A DNA stretch of 64,000 nucleotides from Eledone cirrhosa (GCA_964016885.1 OZ024741.1:308388001-308452000); one strand, 5' to 3'. Shown: positions 16,670 to 31,722, counted from the stretch's first letter. Translations and numbers: made by a program. The notes: generated from the letters alone by a model not told the origin.

Positions 16670-19462
16670 TGTTTCTTTATTAGCCACAGGGGCACAAAAG
16701 AAGGGGACAAATACAAAGGGGGAAGTTTACATACAATAAAAACGTGTAAAATGTTAGTACAAATGCAATTTAAAAAGTTAGTCGATTTTCCCCAATAGGG
16801 GGAGACAGTTTATATGGATAACACATACCCCCGAAAAAAAATGTGCAACCCTCATCTCCAGGAGTACGAAGAGTTTGTACTCCTTTCCTCTTCCCCTCCT
16901 TTTCCTCAACCTACATGCTGATATAGAGAGAAGGCCCATTCACTCGGGCCATTCTCGCCACTTTCACCCACCTTTCATAAAACTTGCTGGGGTACAGCAC
17001 CTCTCTCTCCATCGTGATTCTTCTTCCAAAGTGGTATTTGAAAAAAAGAATCAGTTCTTGGCCGGAGAGAAAGGTCTCTGACCTCAGCCCTTTCAACCTT
17101 GTCCACCATACAACCTCTTTCCAAAGGAATTGGAAGAGCGCGCGCTCCATTTTGGCGAGCGTTTTGGCAGGACAGGGCACGACGGTCAAGCGGTAGTAGA
17201 TGGCGGACGCTATAAAAGTGTTCGCCACCTCCGCTCGACCTTTCAAGGATAGTTTGCACTCGGCCCACTTCTGGGTGAGTGCAAACACCTTGGCCGTCAC
17301 CTCGATCCAGTTCTTCTCCAACTGGAGGTCCGGACCAAACCAGACCCCGAGCAGCTTTACTGGTCCTTCCGTCCAGCGTCCGACGACGCAATCGGAAGGC
17401 ATCGGTCTGCCTCTCCACGATCCGTGTTGCAAACTGATGGACTTGTCCCGGTTCAGCTTCGCTCCTGTGAGCCTTTCGTATTCCTTCAGTAAGTTGTCGA
17501 CCTCCTCGATTTGCGAGGTGCTCGACACCATTACTGTCACGGTTCCAGAGGGATGCCCTGCAATAGCTCCAACTTCCGCAGTAGTGTATCGAGAGTCAGT
17601 ACGTACAGAAGGGAGAAGAGAGGGCATCCCTGTCGAATGGATCGCGTGATATGGAACGGCTCCGTGAGGTAGCCGTTCACCTTGACCCTTGAGCAGATGT
17701 TGCTGTTGTGCATTGCAGCAATCCAGCCCCTGAACACGACTCCGAAGCCTGCCGCCTCGAGCACTGAATCCAGGTAACGATGGTCAACCCTATCGAAAGC
17801 CTTAGACTGATCCACGTTGATCAGGACCCCACCGAAGCCGGGTCTACACCCTACCCTCTCTATGGTGTATCGCATGAGGTGGAGGTTGTCGTGTATGGAC
17901 CTGGTCGGGATTGCGCATGTCTGCGCTTCTCCCACCAGGTTCTCGACAAGCGCCAGCCTCTTTGCCACAATCTGTAACTCTGTGTTTAGCAGAATTATGG
18001 GCTGGGAGTTGCCTATGTCATCCCCCTTATTCTCGTCCTTCCTGACTAGTGTGACTACGCCCCTGGTCACTGAACTGGGAATTCTCCCGTTCTGCTGTCA
18101 GTTGCAGTAGACCGCTTCAAGGAGACCGGAGAATAAGTCCGGCATTGCTACGTAAAATTCGTAGGGTAGACCGTCGAGACCTGGAGATTTGCGTTTGCCG
18201 CATTGGATCAGCGTGTCTCCTATCTCAGCGGCTGAAATCGGATTTTCGCATAACTTCGCCTCGCTGTCCGAGATTCGCGGTAGGCCGTCGAGGTATGGAC
18301 CGAAATCCATAGCCCCTCCCGGTGCGCCGCCCTGCCCGAACAGTTGAGCAAAGTGCCGCTGAAAGGGCGTACATATCTGCTTCGGCTCACGTATCACGCG
18401 TCCGTCTTGGTCCTTCAAAGACCGAATCGTGGACTTGTTTCCACTTTTTGCCTCCGTCATTCGGGCTCAGCTAACAGCTTTGGCTCCCTCGTTTCCCAGA
18501 GCACGTATTTTGCTTCTGACAACGCAGCCCTTGTGCTTTGCGTCGAAGAACTGGTCCAAGGCCGTTCTTGTTGCTAGCACGCTGGCTACGTTGCCACTTC
18601 TAATTGCCTCTTCTACTTTATCTACCGGTTCCTTCTCGGTCCTATTTCTATCTAACGCTAATTCTTTATTAAAAACTAACGAGTCTAATCTAACTGCCCT
18701 CTTGAGAGAGTACCACCATCTGTTGTTGACAATGGCCCCTGTCAAGTGCTGTTTAACTAAAGTGCTAATCCGTCTACTGTAGGCTTTGCATGTCGGTAAC
18801 GACAAGTTCAGCTTCCAGTAGCCGGGTCCTTGTCTATAGGTTCTATCAAGGTTGACCATGCAGGTCACTAGTTTGTGATCTGAATAGGTAACCATGAACA
18901 TTTGTGGACAGCTTAACATGTCCCTATCCTTATTTCTAACTAGAACCCTATCTAGGTACGATCTAGATGTTCCGCTACGGTTAGTCCACGTCCACAGTGG
19001 CACAGTCGGAAAATCTAGTCGATATCTATCGGCCAGGTCAAATCGGCCGATTAACTGTTTGAGGATGTTACACCTCCCTTTATCGGGACATGCTCCCACA
19101 TAGTCCCAACGTGCATCTAGGATTCCATTGCAGTCCCCCACTAAACGTTTGAAGAAGTCTGGCCACGGTGTCCCGGATGAGGCATATGCGGCCACCAGCC
19201 AGAAGGCTCCACCTTCACCACCGTCGACGTCTATGACCACCAGTCGACCCTCCGGGTCCAGATGTACCGTCTGTGTTACGAGGCCCAGGTGTTTCCGCAG
19301 CAAAACGGCAACCCCTTCCCCACCCTCAGGCTGACAGAGAGATGCGTAGATCTCAAATTCATCGAAGATGGGGGCCAGCTGTCGCTCGCTGTGGATCCTG
19401 GACTCGCAAATTGCTACTACATCCATACTGTGCGACCTGAGGTCGTTTAAGAGTTTGCCGTT
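16594..19462 (-). mobile_element. Tx1/L1-clade LINE copy B, decayed, head-to-tail with copy A
   Basis: Collinear with copy A; stops near 18467 and 18098; YADD segment deleted at ~17538; ~650-bp deletion joining LFQFLWK to KEVVWW; 3' end cccctgtggctaataaagaaacat plus (atct)n. Confidence 0.92.
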
Positions 19463-19614
19463 AGATAGATATATAGAAACATACATACATACATACATAC
19501 ATACATACATACATACATACATACATACATACATACATACATACATACATGATGGCTGGCCCCTCGTTATCGAGTATGGCCATTGCACGATATAACATTT
19601 TTAATAATTATCAA

Positions 19615-19779
19615 ATAATTGTTTCTACTTTTGGCACAAGGCCAGCAATTATCTCAGTGTATTACTGGTCCTTTATTTTATCGACCCCGTAAGGATGAAA
19701 GGCAAAGTTAACCTCGGCGGGATTTGAACTCAGACCATAAAGGGCCGTAACTCTTTGCCGATACTGCCAATCCACCGCT
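19615..19779 (-). mobile_element. SINE family A, short form
   Basis: Matches the recurrent unit. Confidence 0.87.
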
Positions 19780-19861
19780 CTAATTATCAATTAATTCTAT
19801 CGTGCAATGCCTGTGCGTGAATATTGTTTTTAAAGTGAGGAAAGACTGTGCACTGAACCAA

Positions 19862-22181
19862 TCCCACTCTCTGAGCGACAGTAGCTATAACCCGAAAAGA
19901 AGAAAAGATCAACATCATCGGTAACTACTGAGCTGCAGGTTTTACGTCGGAATTATCCCAGTTTCCTGAGTTGCCTTCTCCTAGAAGAATGCCTTGACAA
20001 AGGCTAGGGGTCCTTCACTCCCAGTGGTTTAACCGCGCGATCGAGTATCCAGCCCGATTATTTCTACGTTCCCGCGCATATATACACAAATGTATACATG
20101 CATATACATATATACATATGTATATGCATATCTATAAGTTTTTGGGTGGTCGTTGACTCATGAGTTCTTCCGCCCTTGGTTGGGTCGCCGGTTTAGTCGC
20201 CGACGACCCGACCATGCGACAGGTTGTGCTGAGTTACATATTGCCAGTAGCACTCAAGAGTGACCCGACATATATACATACATACAAACATACAAACATA
20301 CATATAACTGGTCAACTTCATCGGATGCTTCCGAAGCCGCAGGGGTTTTTTTTTCAGAGTTTTGCTCTTCTAGAACGGTGTTGTGATAACAACTGGGGGC
20401 CTTTCACTCCCAGGTGAAAAAAAAAAGTACTATTTAGATGGCCATTGACTCTGTTGAGTTCCTCCGCCATTTTCCGAGTTTTGTATTTCATCCCGCAGGG
20501 TGTCCAAATATCACCCTCCTCACCAAGCTACCTTGGTGACGTTGCCGGTTTAGTCGCCGACGACCCGACCATGAGACAGATTGTACTAGGTTACATGTTA
20601 CCAGTAGCACTCGAGAGCGACCTGACATATGTATACATACATACATACATACATACATACATACATACATACATACATACATACATACATACATACATAA
20701 TAAGTGTCACTGAGGCCCCGTCCCAGAAAGACATAGATTCCTTTTGGAGCAAAATATGGGGTGAAAAGAAGAACTTCAACCAAGATGCAGTGTGGCTAAG
20801 AGAAATCCGAAAGAACTATTGCTCCTAGATTACAACAAAAACATACGAAATAAGTGAGGGTACCCTTGAGACTGTGATAGGAAAACTCCAAAATAAGAAA
20901 ACACCAGGAAAAGACTTGATTGTCGGCTACTGGTATCTTACTGACCTCTACCAACAAGTTCTTATACCAGAATGGTTGACATTAGCACAAACATTACTGG
21001 TCCCCAAGAACAAAGACACCACTTGGCAAAAATCTACCGACCCATTGCAAGCCAGAACCTGATGTATAAGATGTATACAGCCTGAACCTATTCCTCCAAG
21101 ATTACTGTGAAAATAACATCATCACAGATGAACAAGCAGCTGGAAAGAAAGGGGTTTGTGGATGTACTGAACAACTAATCAACAAAACTGCGATGTCGGA
21201 GGTGCGACAACTTAGGAGGAATATGGCTACAGCCTGGCTGGACTACAGGAAAGCTTTCGATTCTGTTCCCCACTCTTGGATGATAGAGGCCCTCCAACTT
21301 GCTAAAGTCCCAGACATTATTGTCAGAGCCATAGAGAAGCTGTCTTCTTCTTGGGCTACTATCCTAAGGTTAAAGACAGAGAAGGAGGACTCTATTTTCA
21401 CTGATAAAATAAAATATCGCAGGGGTATATTTCAAGGAGAGAGTCTCTCTGTGATATTATTCATTTTGTCATTAAACCCCTTGTACTTTCTGCTCAAGAA
21501 ATGTGAGGGATACATCATTGGCTCACAGGAGGACAGAAATACGAACCTAACCCATAATTTCTTTGTGGACGATCTGAAACTCTATGCCAAGAACATGGAT
21601 GGGATGAAAAAAAATCTTGACCTGGTTACAACGTTCTCAAAGGATATAGGAATGGAGTTTGGCCAAGATAAATGCTCATACATGACTGTAAAGCGGGGGA
21701 AAACAACAACCCAATCTAGCAACATTGTCATCAATGGCCTAACTGTTTCACCGATATCTGATGAGGACTGCTACAGATGTAACCACTCTCTGAGCGACAG
21801 TAGCTATAACCCGAAAAGAAGAAAAGATCAACATCATCGGTAACTACTGAGCCGCAGGTTTTATATCGGAGTCATCCCAGTTTCCTGAGTTGCCTTCTCC
21901 TAGAAGAATGCCCTGACAAAGGCTAGGGGTCCTTCACTTTCAGTTGTTTAACCCTGCGGTACATTTGTATATACAATGTACACACTTTTGGATGGCCGTT
22001 GACTCTTATGAGCTCTTCCGCCCTTTGTCAGGTTTTGTTTTTTGTCCTGCAGGGTGTCCAAAATCACCCTCCTCACCAAGTAAACTTGGTGGGGTTGCCG
22101 GTTTAGTGGCCGACGACCAGACCATGCGATAGGTTGTACTGGGTTACATATTACCAGTAGCACTCAAGAGTGACGCGACAT
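19862..22181 (-). repeat. Three copies of a ~400-bp non-coding unit (19862-20270, 20395-20627, 21781-22181), each abutting (TATG)n; probable LINE 5' UTR
   Basis: Shared ccagtagcactc[ag]agag[tc]gac, ggtttagtcgccgacgacc; outer copies also share gccttctcctagaagaatgcc; all begin at the same position next to (CATA)n. Confidence 0.75.
20700..21778 (+). pseudogene. Dong/R4-type RT internal fragment (second family)
   Basis: FWSKIWG, KKTPGKD, AWLDYRKAFDSVPHSW, GIFQG, HNFFVDDLKLYA, GMEFGQDKC; frameshifts and stops. Confidence 0.88.
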
Positions 22182-22185
22182 ACAA

Positions 22186-22218
<33 letters not shown>

Positions 22219-22261
22219 CATACATACATACATACATACATAATACATACTTGCATACATA

Positions 22262-22688
22262 CATTGACCGGCCACCTTCCTGGTCGCAATTCTGTGGAAG
22301 GAAAGAAATTGTCATCCCTTGAATCGTTTTGCAAATTTTAAAGGTACCAGCTATCGCGGCCATTTGTAGTCTATGAATTACAAAGTGGTGCTCTTTGTCC
22401 ACAAATCCAAGTTCAGCCAATTTGGTCCAAGCGGGTTGGGTTGGTATATAACCTGTAGGTTCAATAATGATGGGTATGAAGATGAAGGTGTATCTTGGAT
22501 ACTGGATCTGCAAACTCCTCATCAATGGTACGTAAATGTCCTCCTTCTGTATTTTTCTTACAACAAGTGGGCAGCTGATCTCTACAACAGAGCATATTTT
22601 CAATGTGTTGTCCCAAAAACAATATTAGGCCAGTTGTGCTTTAATTTGGTGGCAGTTTTTATTTTCAGGTTCCACCAGTATTCCTTAG
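22262..22688 (-). pseudogene. 3' end of an R4-type LINE (RLE domain) with (TATG)n tail
   Basis: YWWNLKIKT..KHNWPNIV, VVEISCP..KEDIY..L, IPIII..TG, LQMAAIAGTFKICK; tail at 22182-22261. Confidence 0.8.
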
Positions 22689-22882
22689 TGCCATCTGTGT
22701 GTATGTGTGTGCATGTTTGTGCTTGTGTATATATGCATATGTACACACACATATATATATATATCAGTGCTTCCTAACGATTTCTCCCGAATGAAGACAT
22801 CACCATCACCATCACCAACACCACAAACTAATAAAACCAATCCCATCACTATCCCAGCCAGCAACAAAACCAGCTCCAACAT

Positions 22883-22942
22883 CGGAACCGAACTCACGAT
22901 CATACACGGTCGTGCTCCGAACACTCTGACCACTAAGCCAGG
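22883..22942 (-). mobile_element. Isolated tRNA-like SINE head
   Basis: TGGCTTAGTGG (A box) ... GAGTTCGGTTCC (B box) at tRNA-like spacing. Confidence 0.5.
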
Positions 22943-23135
22943 TGCCTTGACTGAAGGAAACCGGAGCTAAAGGAAAAGCAATTATTTATCAAAGTAACAA
23001 CCGCCATCAGTTTTGAAACCTGTCAGATGTTATATGGTGGAGAATGAGAAATTTATTGAGCGGCTGACGGAGCTTTTAATCAGAAGATATATTTATTAGA
23101 TAGAGAAGAAGGCTGCAGCAGATGATTGAGTCTAA

Positions 23136-24150
23136 GGTGGTGGTGGTGGTGGTGGTGGTGGTGGTGGTGGTGGTGGTGGTGGTGGTGATGGTAATGGTAA
23201 TGATGGCAGAGATGGTGGTGGTGGTGGTGGTGGTGATGGTAATGGTAATGATGGCAGAGATGGTGGTGGTGGTCGTGGTGGTCGGTGGTGGTGGTGTTGG
23301 TTTTGGGTGGTGGTGAGGGTAATGATGGCAGAGATGGTGGTGATGGTGGTGGTGGTGGTGGTGGTGGTGGTGGTGGTGGTGGTTGTGATGGTGATGGTGG
23401 TGGTGGTGGTGGTGGAGGTGGTGATGGTGATGGTGTGGTGGTGATAGTGCTAGTGATGGTAGTGATGATAGTGATAGTGGTGATGGTGGTGGTGGTGGTG
23501 GTGGTGGTGGTGGTCACGGTGGTGGTGATGGTGGTGATGGTAGTAGTGGTAGTGGTGGTGGTGATGGTGGTGATGGTGGTGGTGGTGATAGTGGTGGTGG
23601 TGGTGATGGTGGTGATGGTGGTGATGGTGGTGGTGGTAGTGGTGGTGGTGATGGTGGTGGTGATGGTGGTGGTGCTGTTAATGGTGGTGGTGTTGGTGCT
23701 GGTGGTAATGGTGGTGGTGGTGATCATGGTGGTGGTGGTGGTCATGGTGGTTCTGATGGTGGTGGTGGTGGTGGTGATGGTGGTTATGGTGGTGATCGTG
23801 GTGGTGGTGATGGTGGTGGTGGTGGTGGTGGTGGTGGTGGTGGTGGTGGTGGTGATGGTGGTGGTGGTGGTGGTGGTGGTGGTGGTGGTGGTGGTGGTGG
23901 TGATGGTGGTGGTGGTGGTGGTGGTGGTGGTGGTGATGGTGGTGGTGGTGGTGGTGGTGGTGGTGGTGGTGGTGATGGTGGTGGTGGTGGTGATGGTGGT
24001 GGTGGTGGTGGTGGTGGTGGTGGTGGTGATGGTGGTGGTGGTGGTGGTGATGGTGGTGGTGGTGGTGGTGGTGATGGTGGTGGTGGTGGTGGTGGTGGTG
24101 GTGGTGGTGGTGATGGTGGTGGTGGTGGTGGTGGTGGTGGTGGTGGTGGG
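23136..24150. repeat. ~1-kb (GGT)n/(GAT) trinucleotide array
   Basis: Directly visible. Confidence 0.97.
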
Positions 24151-24263
24151 GAGGGGCAGTGTTGCTGATGAGGTTTCTATCGATTTTCTTTCTCTGCCGA
24201 TTTTATTCATTTCCTGTTGCCATCATTGTTATTGTCATTGTAGTTAGTATTGTACAATGACGA

Positions 24264-25520
24264 TACACATACACGTACACACATCTACATACATATATAC
24301 ATACACATGCATACACACATACACGTACACACATCTACATACACATGCATACATACATACACATACACACATCTACATACATATATACATACACATGCAT
24401 ACACACATACACATACACACATCTACATACATATATACATACACATGCATACACACATACACATACACACATCTACATACATACACATGCATACATACAT
24501 ACACATACACACATCTACATACATACATACATACACATGCATACATACATACACATACACACATCTACATACATACACATATACACATGTATACACACAT
24601 ACACACATCTACATACATACATATATACACATGCATACACACATACACATACACACATATACATACATACATATATACACATGCATACATACACGTACAC
24701 ACATCTACATACACATATACACATGTATACATACATACACATGCACACATCTACATACATACATACACATGCATACACACATACACGTACACACATCTAC
24801 ATACATACATATATACACATGCATACACACATACACATACACACATCTACATACATACATATATACACATGCATACACACATACACATACACACATCTAC
24901 ATACATACATATATACACATGCATACATACACGTACACACATCTACATACATACATATATACACATACACACATACGTACACATACACACATCTACATAC
25001 ATACATACATACATACATACACATGCATACATACATACACATACACACATCTACATACATACATATATACACATGCATACATACATACACATACACACAT
25101 CTACATACATATATATACACATGCATACATACATACATACACATACACACATCTACATACATACATATATACACATGCATACACACATACACATACACAC
25201 ATCTACATACATACACATGCATACATACATACACATACACACATCTACATACATACATATATACACATGCATACACACATACACATACACACATCTACAT
25301 ACATACACATGCATACATACATACACGTACACACATCTACATACATACATATATACACATACACACATACGTACACATACACACATCTACATACATACAT
25401 ACATACACATGCATACATACATACACATACACACATCTACATACATACATACATACACATACATACATACATACATACATACATACATACATCCATACAT
25501 ACATACATACATACACACAC
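24264..25520. repeat. Higher-order minisatellite (~38-50 bp) built from CATA/CA units
   Basis: Periodic landmarks acacatctac and acatgcatac recur more than 25 times. Confidence 0.92.
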
Positions 25521-25673
25521 AAACGCACATATACGTATGAACATATGCTCACTTATATATATGTATATGCAGGTAAAAATACATATGTTTATATATATGC
25601 ATGTATATATATATATATATATATATATATCATCCGTATATATATATGTATATATATATATCATGCGTATATA

Positions 25674-25746
<73 letters not shown>

Positions 25747-26131
25747 TTCCTTTTTTACACCCTCTCTATTTTTTCACTACCGCCTCTTCGGGTTCTGCCC
25801 CCCCCCTCTCACTCTGTATATGTGGGTGTGCGCGCGCATGTATGTGTAACGGATACCATGGGTTGCTGCACTACTTAAGACTTCGTACTTTCCCGGTGAT
25901 TCCAATTGCCAACTTTTCCTTCGTGTGAGACGATACGTATTGTAACAGTCTCCGATATATTTAGACAGGAACACTGACATAAGGTTTTGTTGCCACCAAA
26001 GTAACGGTCTATAAACAAACTGCTGTCTTCTAATCCCTAATAACTGGCGTTCTGTACCCATGTTTGAAATTTGACCAATCTCTTCTGTTCTAGTATGTTT
26101 TCGGTTTTCAGATATTACATTCTAAATAATG

Positions 26132-26337
26132 ATTTCTAGTATAGACACAAGGCCAGTAATTTGGGCGGAGGGGAAAGTCGATTAAATCGACCCCAGTACG
26201 TTACTGGTACTTTATTTTATAGACCCCGTAGGGATGAAAGGCAAAACTAACTTCGGCGGGATTTGAACTCAGATCATAAAGGGGTGTAACTCTATGCTAC
26301 AAAGCATGGCGTCCGACCCTCTACCGATACTGCCACT
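26132..26337 (-). mobile_element. SINE family A, long form
   Basis: Includes the gggaaagtcgattaaatcgacc segment. Confidence 0.88.
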
Positions 26338-26519
26338 CACTCCATACGTGATTTAGATTATACCAACTGGGGCTCAGATCAAGTGAGTTACGTCATTAAG
26401 AAAGCACGATGATGCTAGATAATTGTTGTTTTGGTATTGAATCGAGGTATCAAACGCCGCCGGAACAAACATTCTAGTAGACCGCTTCATCAACAATGTC
26501 CAATACCTTTATATGACAC

Positions 26520-26840
26520 CAACCCATGGATCTCCGTCGGTTTCAACGATGAATGATCCAGTTCTCCAATCGACAGAATAGCCTGCTTAAGAAATTAACG
26601 CTTAAATGGCTGAGCTTTTTCCACACAGGTGTACCCAAGGAGCCGTGTGTATGCCAAGATTGGTCCTTTAAATTACAGGTAGATTTCATTTGACGGGATT
26701 CTAAACAGTTTTCGTTTCTCCGGTTTCCTTCCGAAATAATGGGTCAACCCGGAGCTGTGGCAAATTACTCTTGCCCAAAATGCTAGGTAGTGGGGTCGAA
26801 CCCAGGGCCTAATGATTGCGAAGCGAACTCCTTAACCATT
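26520..26840 (-). mobile_element. Second tRNA-derived SINE (family B); copy at ~42570-42889
   Basis: Minus strand tggttaaggagttcgc...gggttcgaccc (A/B boxes), then ttgggcaagagt; 3' boundary uncertain. Confidence 0.6.
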
Positions 26841-27575
26841 CGGTCAATATGACATAGCACGCCAGAGTTTCACTGACCGTACTCAAATTTGACACAGGAG
26901 TTCAAACAGATAACGTTCTGCGCTTCTTTAACTTTTCCCAAAACTCGGCAATCAGGGATGGTTGAAACAGTTCCTATAGTAATAATAGGTACATTGGAAA
27001 CATTTTTAAAGGATGCAGGCAAATGAATGTATAACTAAACACCACAATACTCACACACATCCAAAACAAAGAGAAAATGCAACCAATAGTCATTGCATAC
27101 ATATTACCAAGTAAACTTTCAAAACGCACAAAATCAAAACAAAACACAGGAGCAGAGGTTTTACAAGATATCTGGATTTGATCGACCATTTCCTTTTTAT
27201 GAGGGTAACTATCCAGACCTCCGGTGTCCTCGGTTCCCAGACTGCTGCTTTCCTCCAAAAATCGGGAGGAGTGCATCTTGCCTGACGTAGGAACCGTGTA
27301 ATGTAGAAGAGTTGATACCGCGTCTGTCACTGACTGTGTTCCACCCATCATGTCCGCGGCAATGTTCTACCCCATCTTGTCCGCTGGATGCAGCGAAAAT
27401 ATACCACCTAGCCAAGAGTATAGAGTTTTCTTACTTATTTTAATTTTTGTTTTCTTTCTTTCCTCTGCATATTTTTTCGTTTTCTCTTTTTTTCTATTTT
27501 TTTTTTTTTTATCTCTTGAAATAAACACTCCATGTACCCACGTCACACAGACAATAAGACAAACAAACAGACAAA

Positions 27576-27610
<35 letters not shown>

Positions 27611-27848
27611 AGTAGCTATGATAATAATTAGTTTTATATGAAACCAATGGTCACAGCAATTGTCTTTCAGGTTGTTTCCAGTCAAGATAAACGAATTAAG
27701 AAAAAATTAAGCGTCAAATGTTTATTTTGCCACAGGTAGTACTAAAAACACACAAATAACATAATGCAACACAAATACCACAACACAATACAACTGTTTG
27801 CTCTTGCAATAGACATAAATAAGATTTTACACATAATAATAAAATCGA

Positions 27849-27898
<50 letters not shown>

Positions 27899-28074
27899 GT
27901 CATTAAACAGGTATGTAGTACATATCTGGTAGCAGTGGGATTATTTTAATGTTTTTTTTCATTTTTTTGTTTTTAATTGTTTTATAACGCAATTTTCAAA
28001 GAAACTTTGCGAATTCTAAAAGTTGGTGCTGGATTCTGTATCATTTTTTCATGTCTCTCTCTCTCACACACACA

Positions 28075-28180
<106 letters not shown>

Positions 28181-28267
28181 TTCTCTCTCTCACTCAGTCG
28201 AACACGCCTCATACATATATATATATATATATGTATATATCTATAACGTGTGCTACCTCTCCACATT

Positions 28268-28298
<31 letters not shown>

Positions 28299-28468
28299 TA
28301 TATGTGTGTATATATATATGTATATGTACATGTATATATATATATATATGTATATATATATACACACACACATATATATTTGTGTGTGTGTATGCGTGTG
28401 TATTTGTGTGTGTGTCTTACTGAATCTCTCTCTTTCTATGTTTATTTTACTATATTCTTCATGTGTCG

Positions 28469-28501
<33 letters not shown>

Positions 28502-28750
28502 ACTCTCTCTCTATCTCTCTCTCTCTCTCTCTCCTTCTCTCTCTCGTCTCCTCTCTCTCTCGTCTTCTCTCTCTCACCCTCTTCCTTCTCCCACTCACCG
28601 TCTCCCCTTCTACACCTCTCTCTTTATTATATCACCAACAGTCTACAAACTTTTAACAAGTTGTCTCGACTGAACCAAACAAAACTATCAAACAGGCAAA
28701 TAGACAGTCATATATATAAATATATTTATATATGTTTGTATATATATATA

Positions 28751-28821
<71 letters not shown>

Positions 28822-29144
28822 AGGTGGTGTGTTTGCTAATTAACCTTAAACTGTACTAATTAATTAATAGAATTAAATTTTTTATTGTGCTTTTATTTAA
28901 TCATTGTTACTTTGTTTTAAATATTTTTTTTATTTTCTAAATATTTGTTTTCTCATACTTATTGTTTGTTTTTGTTTTATTTCGTTTCATTTTGTTTGAA
29001 TGCCTGTCTATATTATGTGTGTGTGTATTTATGCATGTATATATATGCATGTATGTGTGTGTATGTACGTATATATACGTGTGTATGCATGTAAAAATGT
29101 ACATATCTATGTTTGCATGTACATAAATATATATATATATATAT

Positions 29145-29460
29145 GTATGCATGTGTATATATATATATTTATATATATATATATCTATGTATGTATATAT
29201 ATATATATTTATATATATATATATCTATGTATGTATATATATATATATTTATATATATATATCTATGTATGTATATATATATATATTTATATATATATAT
29301 CTATGTATGTATATATATATTTATATATATATATCTATGTATGTATATATATATATTTATATATATATATCTATGTATGTATATATATATATATTTATAT
29401 ATATATATCTATGTATGTATATATATATATATTTATATATATATATATATCTATGTATGT
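29145..29460. repeat. ~34-bp higher-order repeat of (TA)n with ctatgtatg and ttt landmarks
   Basis: Directly visible. Confidence 0.85.
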
Positions 29461-29463
29461 ATG

Positions 29464-29511
<48 letters not shown>

Positions 29512-29547
29512 CATACATAGATATATATATGTATATATATATACATA

Positions 29548-29579
<32 letters not shown>

Positions 29580-29604
29580 CAAATATATATATATATACAC
29601 ATGA

Positions 29605-29658
<54 letters not shown>

Positions 29659-30151
29659 ATGTGTGTGTGTGTGTGTGTTTGTGCTGAATAGATGCATGGT
29701 TGTGTATGTATCGTCTTTTATATGTTTGAGCGTATGTATGTATGTTTGAGCATGTGTGTGTGTATATATGTATTTATGTATTTATGTGTATGTATGTATC
29801 CATGTGTCCAGCGAGTTCTCTTACATTACAATTTTATTTTTTGTCATTTTTGTTGCAGTCTTCATTTAATTCAATAGAAATAGTTTTTAAATTAAAAAGC
29901 AGCTATAGTTTTAATAAAAAATAACACACTTGTGTGACAACATGTATGACCTGACATTTAATATCAATGGATATCACATTGTGCTCTCTTCTTCTCCATC
30001 CTCTTCATATCTTATACTTCATCTCTAGACTTTGGTTCTTATGATTATGATTGTTTGTTTTTAAATAAACAAACAAATAAATAAAATTAATAAAATAATA
30101 AAAAATAGATTGAAAAAAATTAAAATAAATAATTATTATGTTTATTGTAAG

Positions 30152-30690
30152 GTTGGCAGTATCGTTATGATTCGTGGCATAGAGTTACGGCTCTTTACGT
30201 TCTGAGTTCAAGTACCACCGAGGTTAGCTTTGCCTTTCATCCTTACGGGGTCGATGAAATAAAGTACCATTCACGCACTGGGGTCGATTTAATCGACTTT
30301 CCTCTCCACCAATATTTGTTGACCATGTCCCTAAACAAGAAACCATCATTTTGTTTATTGCGAGGTTAACTTTGCCTTTCATCCTTACTGGATCGATAAA
30401 ATAAAGCACCAGTAATACACTGGGCTTATTGCTGGCCTTGTGCCAAAAGTTGAAACAATTATTATATTTATTGTTTAAGGTGGTGCATTGGCAGAGAAGT
30501 TAGAGCGTTTGACAAATACTTAACAATATTTGCTCGTTTCTTTACGTTCTAATCCCGCCCTCGTCAACTTTGACTTTCACCCGTCTATGGTTGATAAAAT
30601 AAAGTACCATTAAAATATTGGGGTCGATTTAAGCGACTTTCCTATCCCTTAAAATTGCTGGCCTTGTTCCAAATGTAGAAACCACTATTA
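30152..30690 (+). mobile_element. Cluster of three SINE family A copies
   Basis: Copies at ~30152-30350, 30360-30466 and 30478-30690. Confidence 0.82.
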
Positions 30691-30931
30691 ATAGCATTAG
30701 TATTAAATATGATAAAAGATTGCTAGGGCAATTCTAAAGTCAGTCTTAAGCGGTATGTTAGAATTTCCCCTCATTCTAAATCGAAACATTCCGTCGAATA
30801 CACCCCTACATGATAATATTATAACGGTGGAGATATACTACGTCCAGTGCTCAATTCTGCCTATACAAGTTTTTATTGATAAATACCTGCAATCAGGAAG
30901 TTAATAACGGATTAATTAGCCGTAAATTACC

Positions 30932-31722
<791 letters not shown>

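Noticed and set aside
16579-16716. N-terminal extension of the 1136-aa ORF
   Set aside because: Read-through of copy B's 3' UTR and (ATCT)n tail; the likely start is MAMLRV at 16578
20540-20627. HDV-like ribozyme at the leader 5' end
   Set aside because: A G.U-closed 7-bp P1-like pairing exists in one copy, but P3/L3, P1.1 and J4/2 could not be placed and the other copies break it
20700-22688. Classic twin-priming 5' inversion
   Set aside because: The inverted RT piece lies on the tail side of the 3' fragment, which is the wrong geometry
22883-22942. Functional tRNA gene
   Set aside because: A/B boxes present but no complete cloverleaf or acceptor stem; treated as a SINE head
25850-26080. 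94-aa minus-strand ORF
   Set aside because: No recognisable motif; runs into microsatellite
27150-27420. GC-richer unique segment as a coding exon
   Set aside because: Only short frames, no recognisable protein, no consistent splice pair
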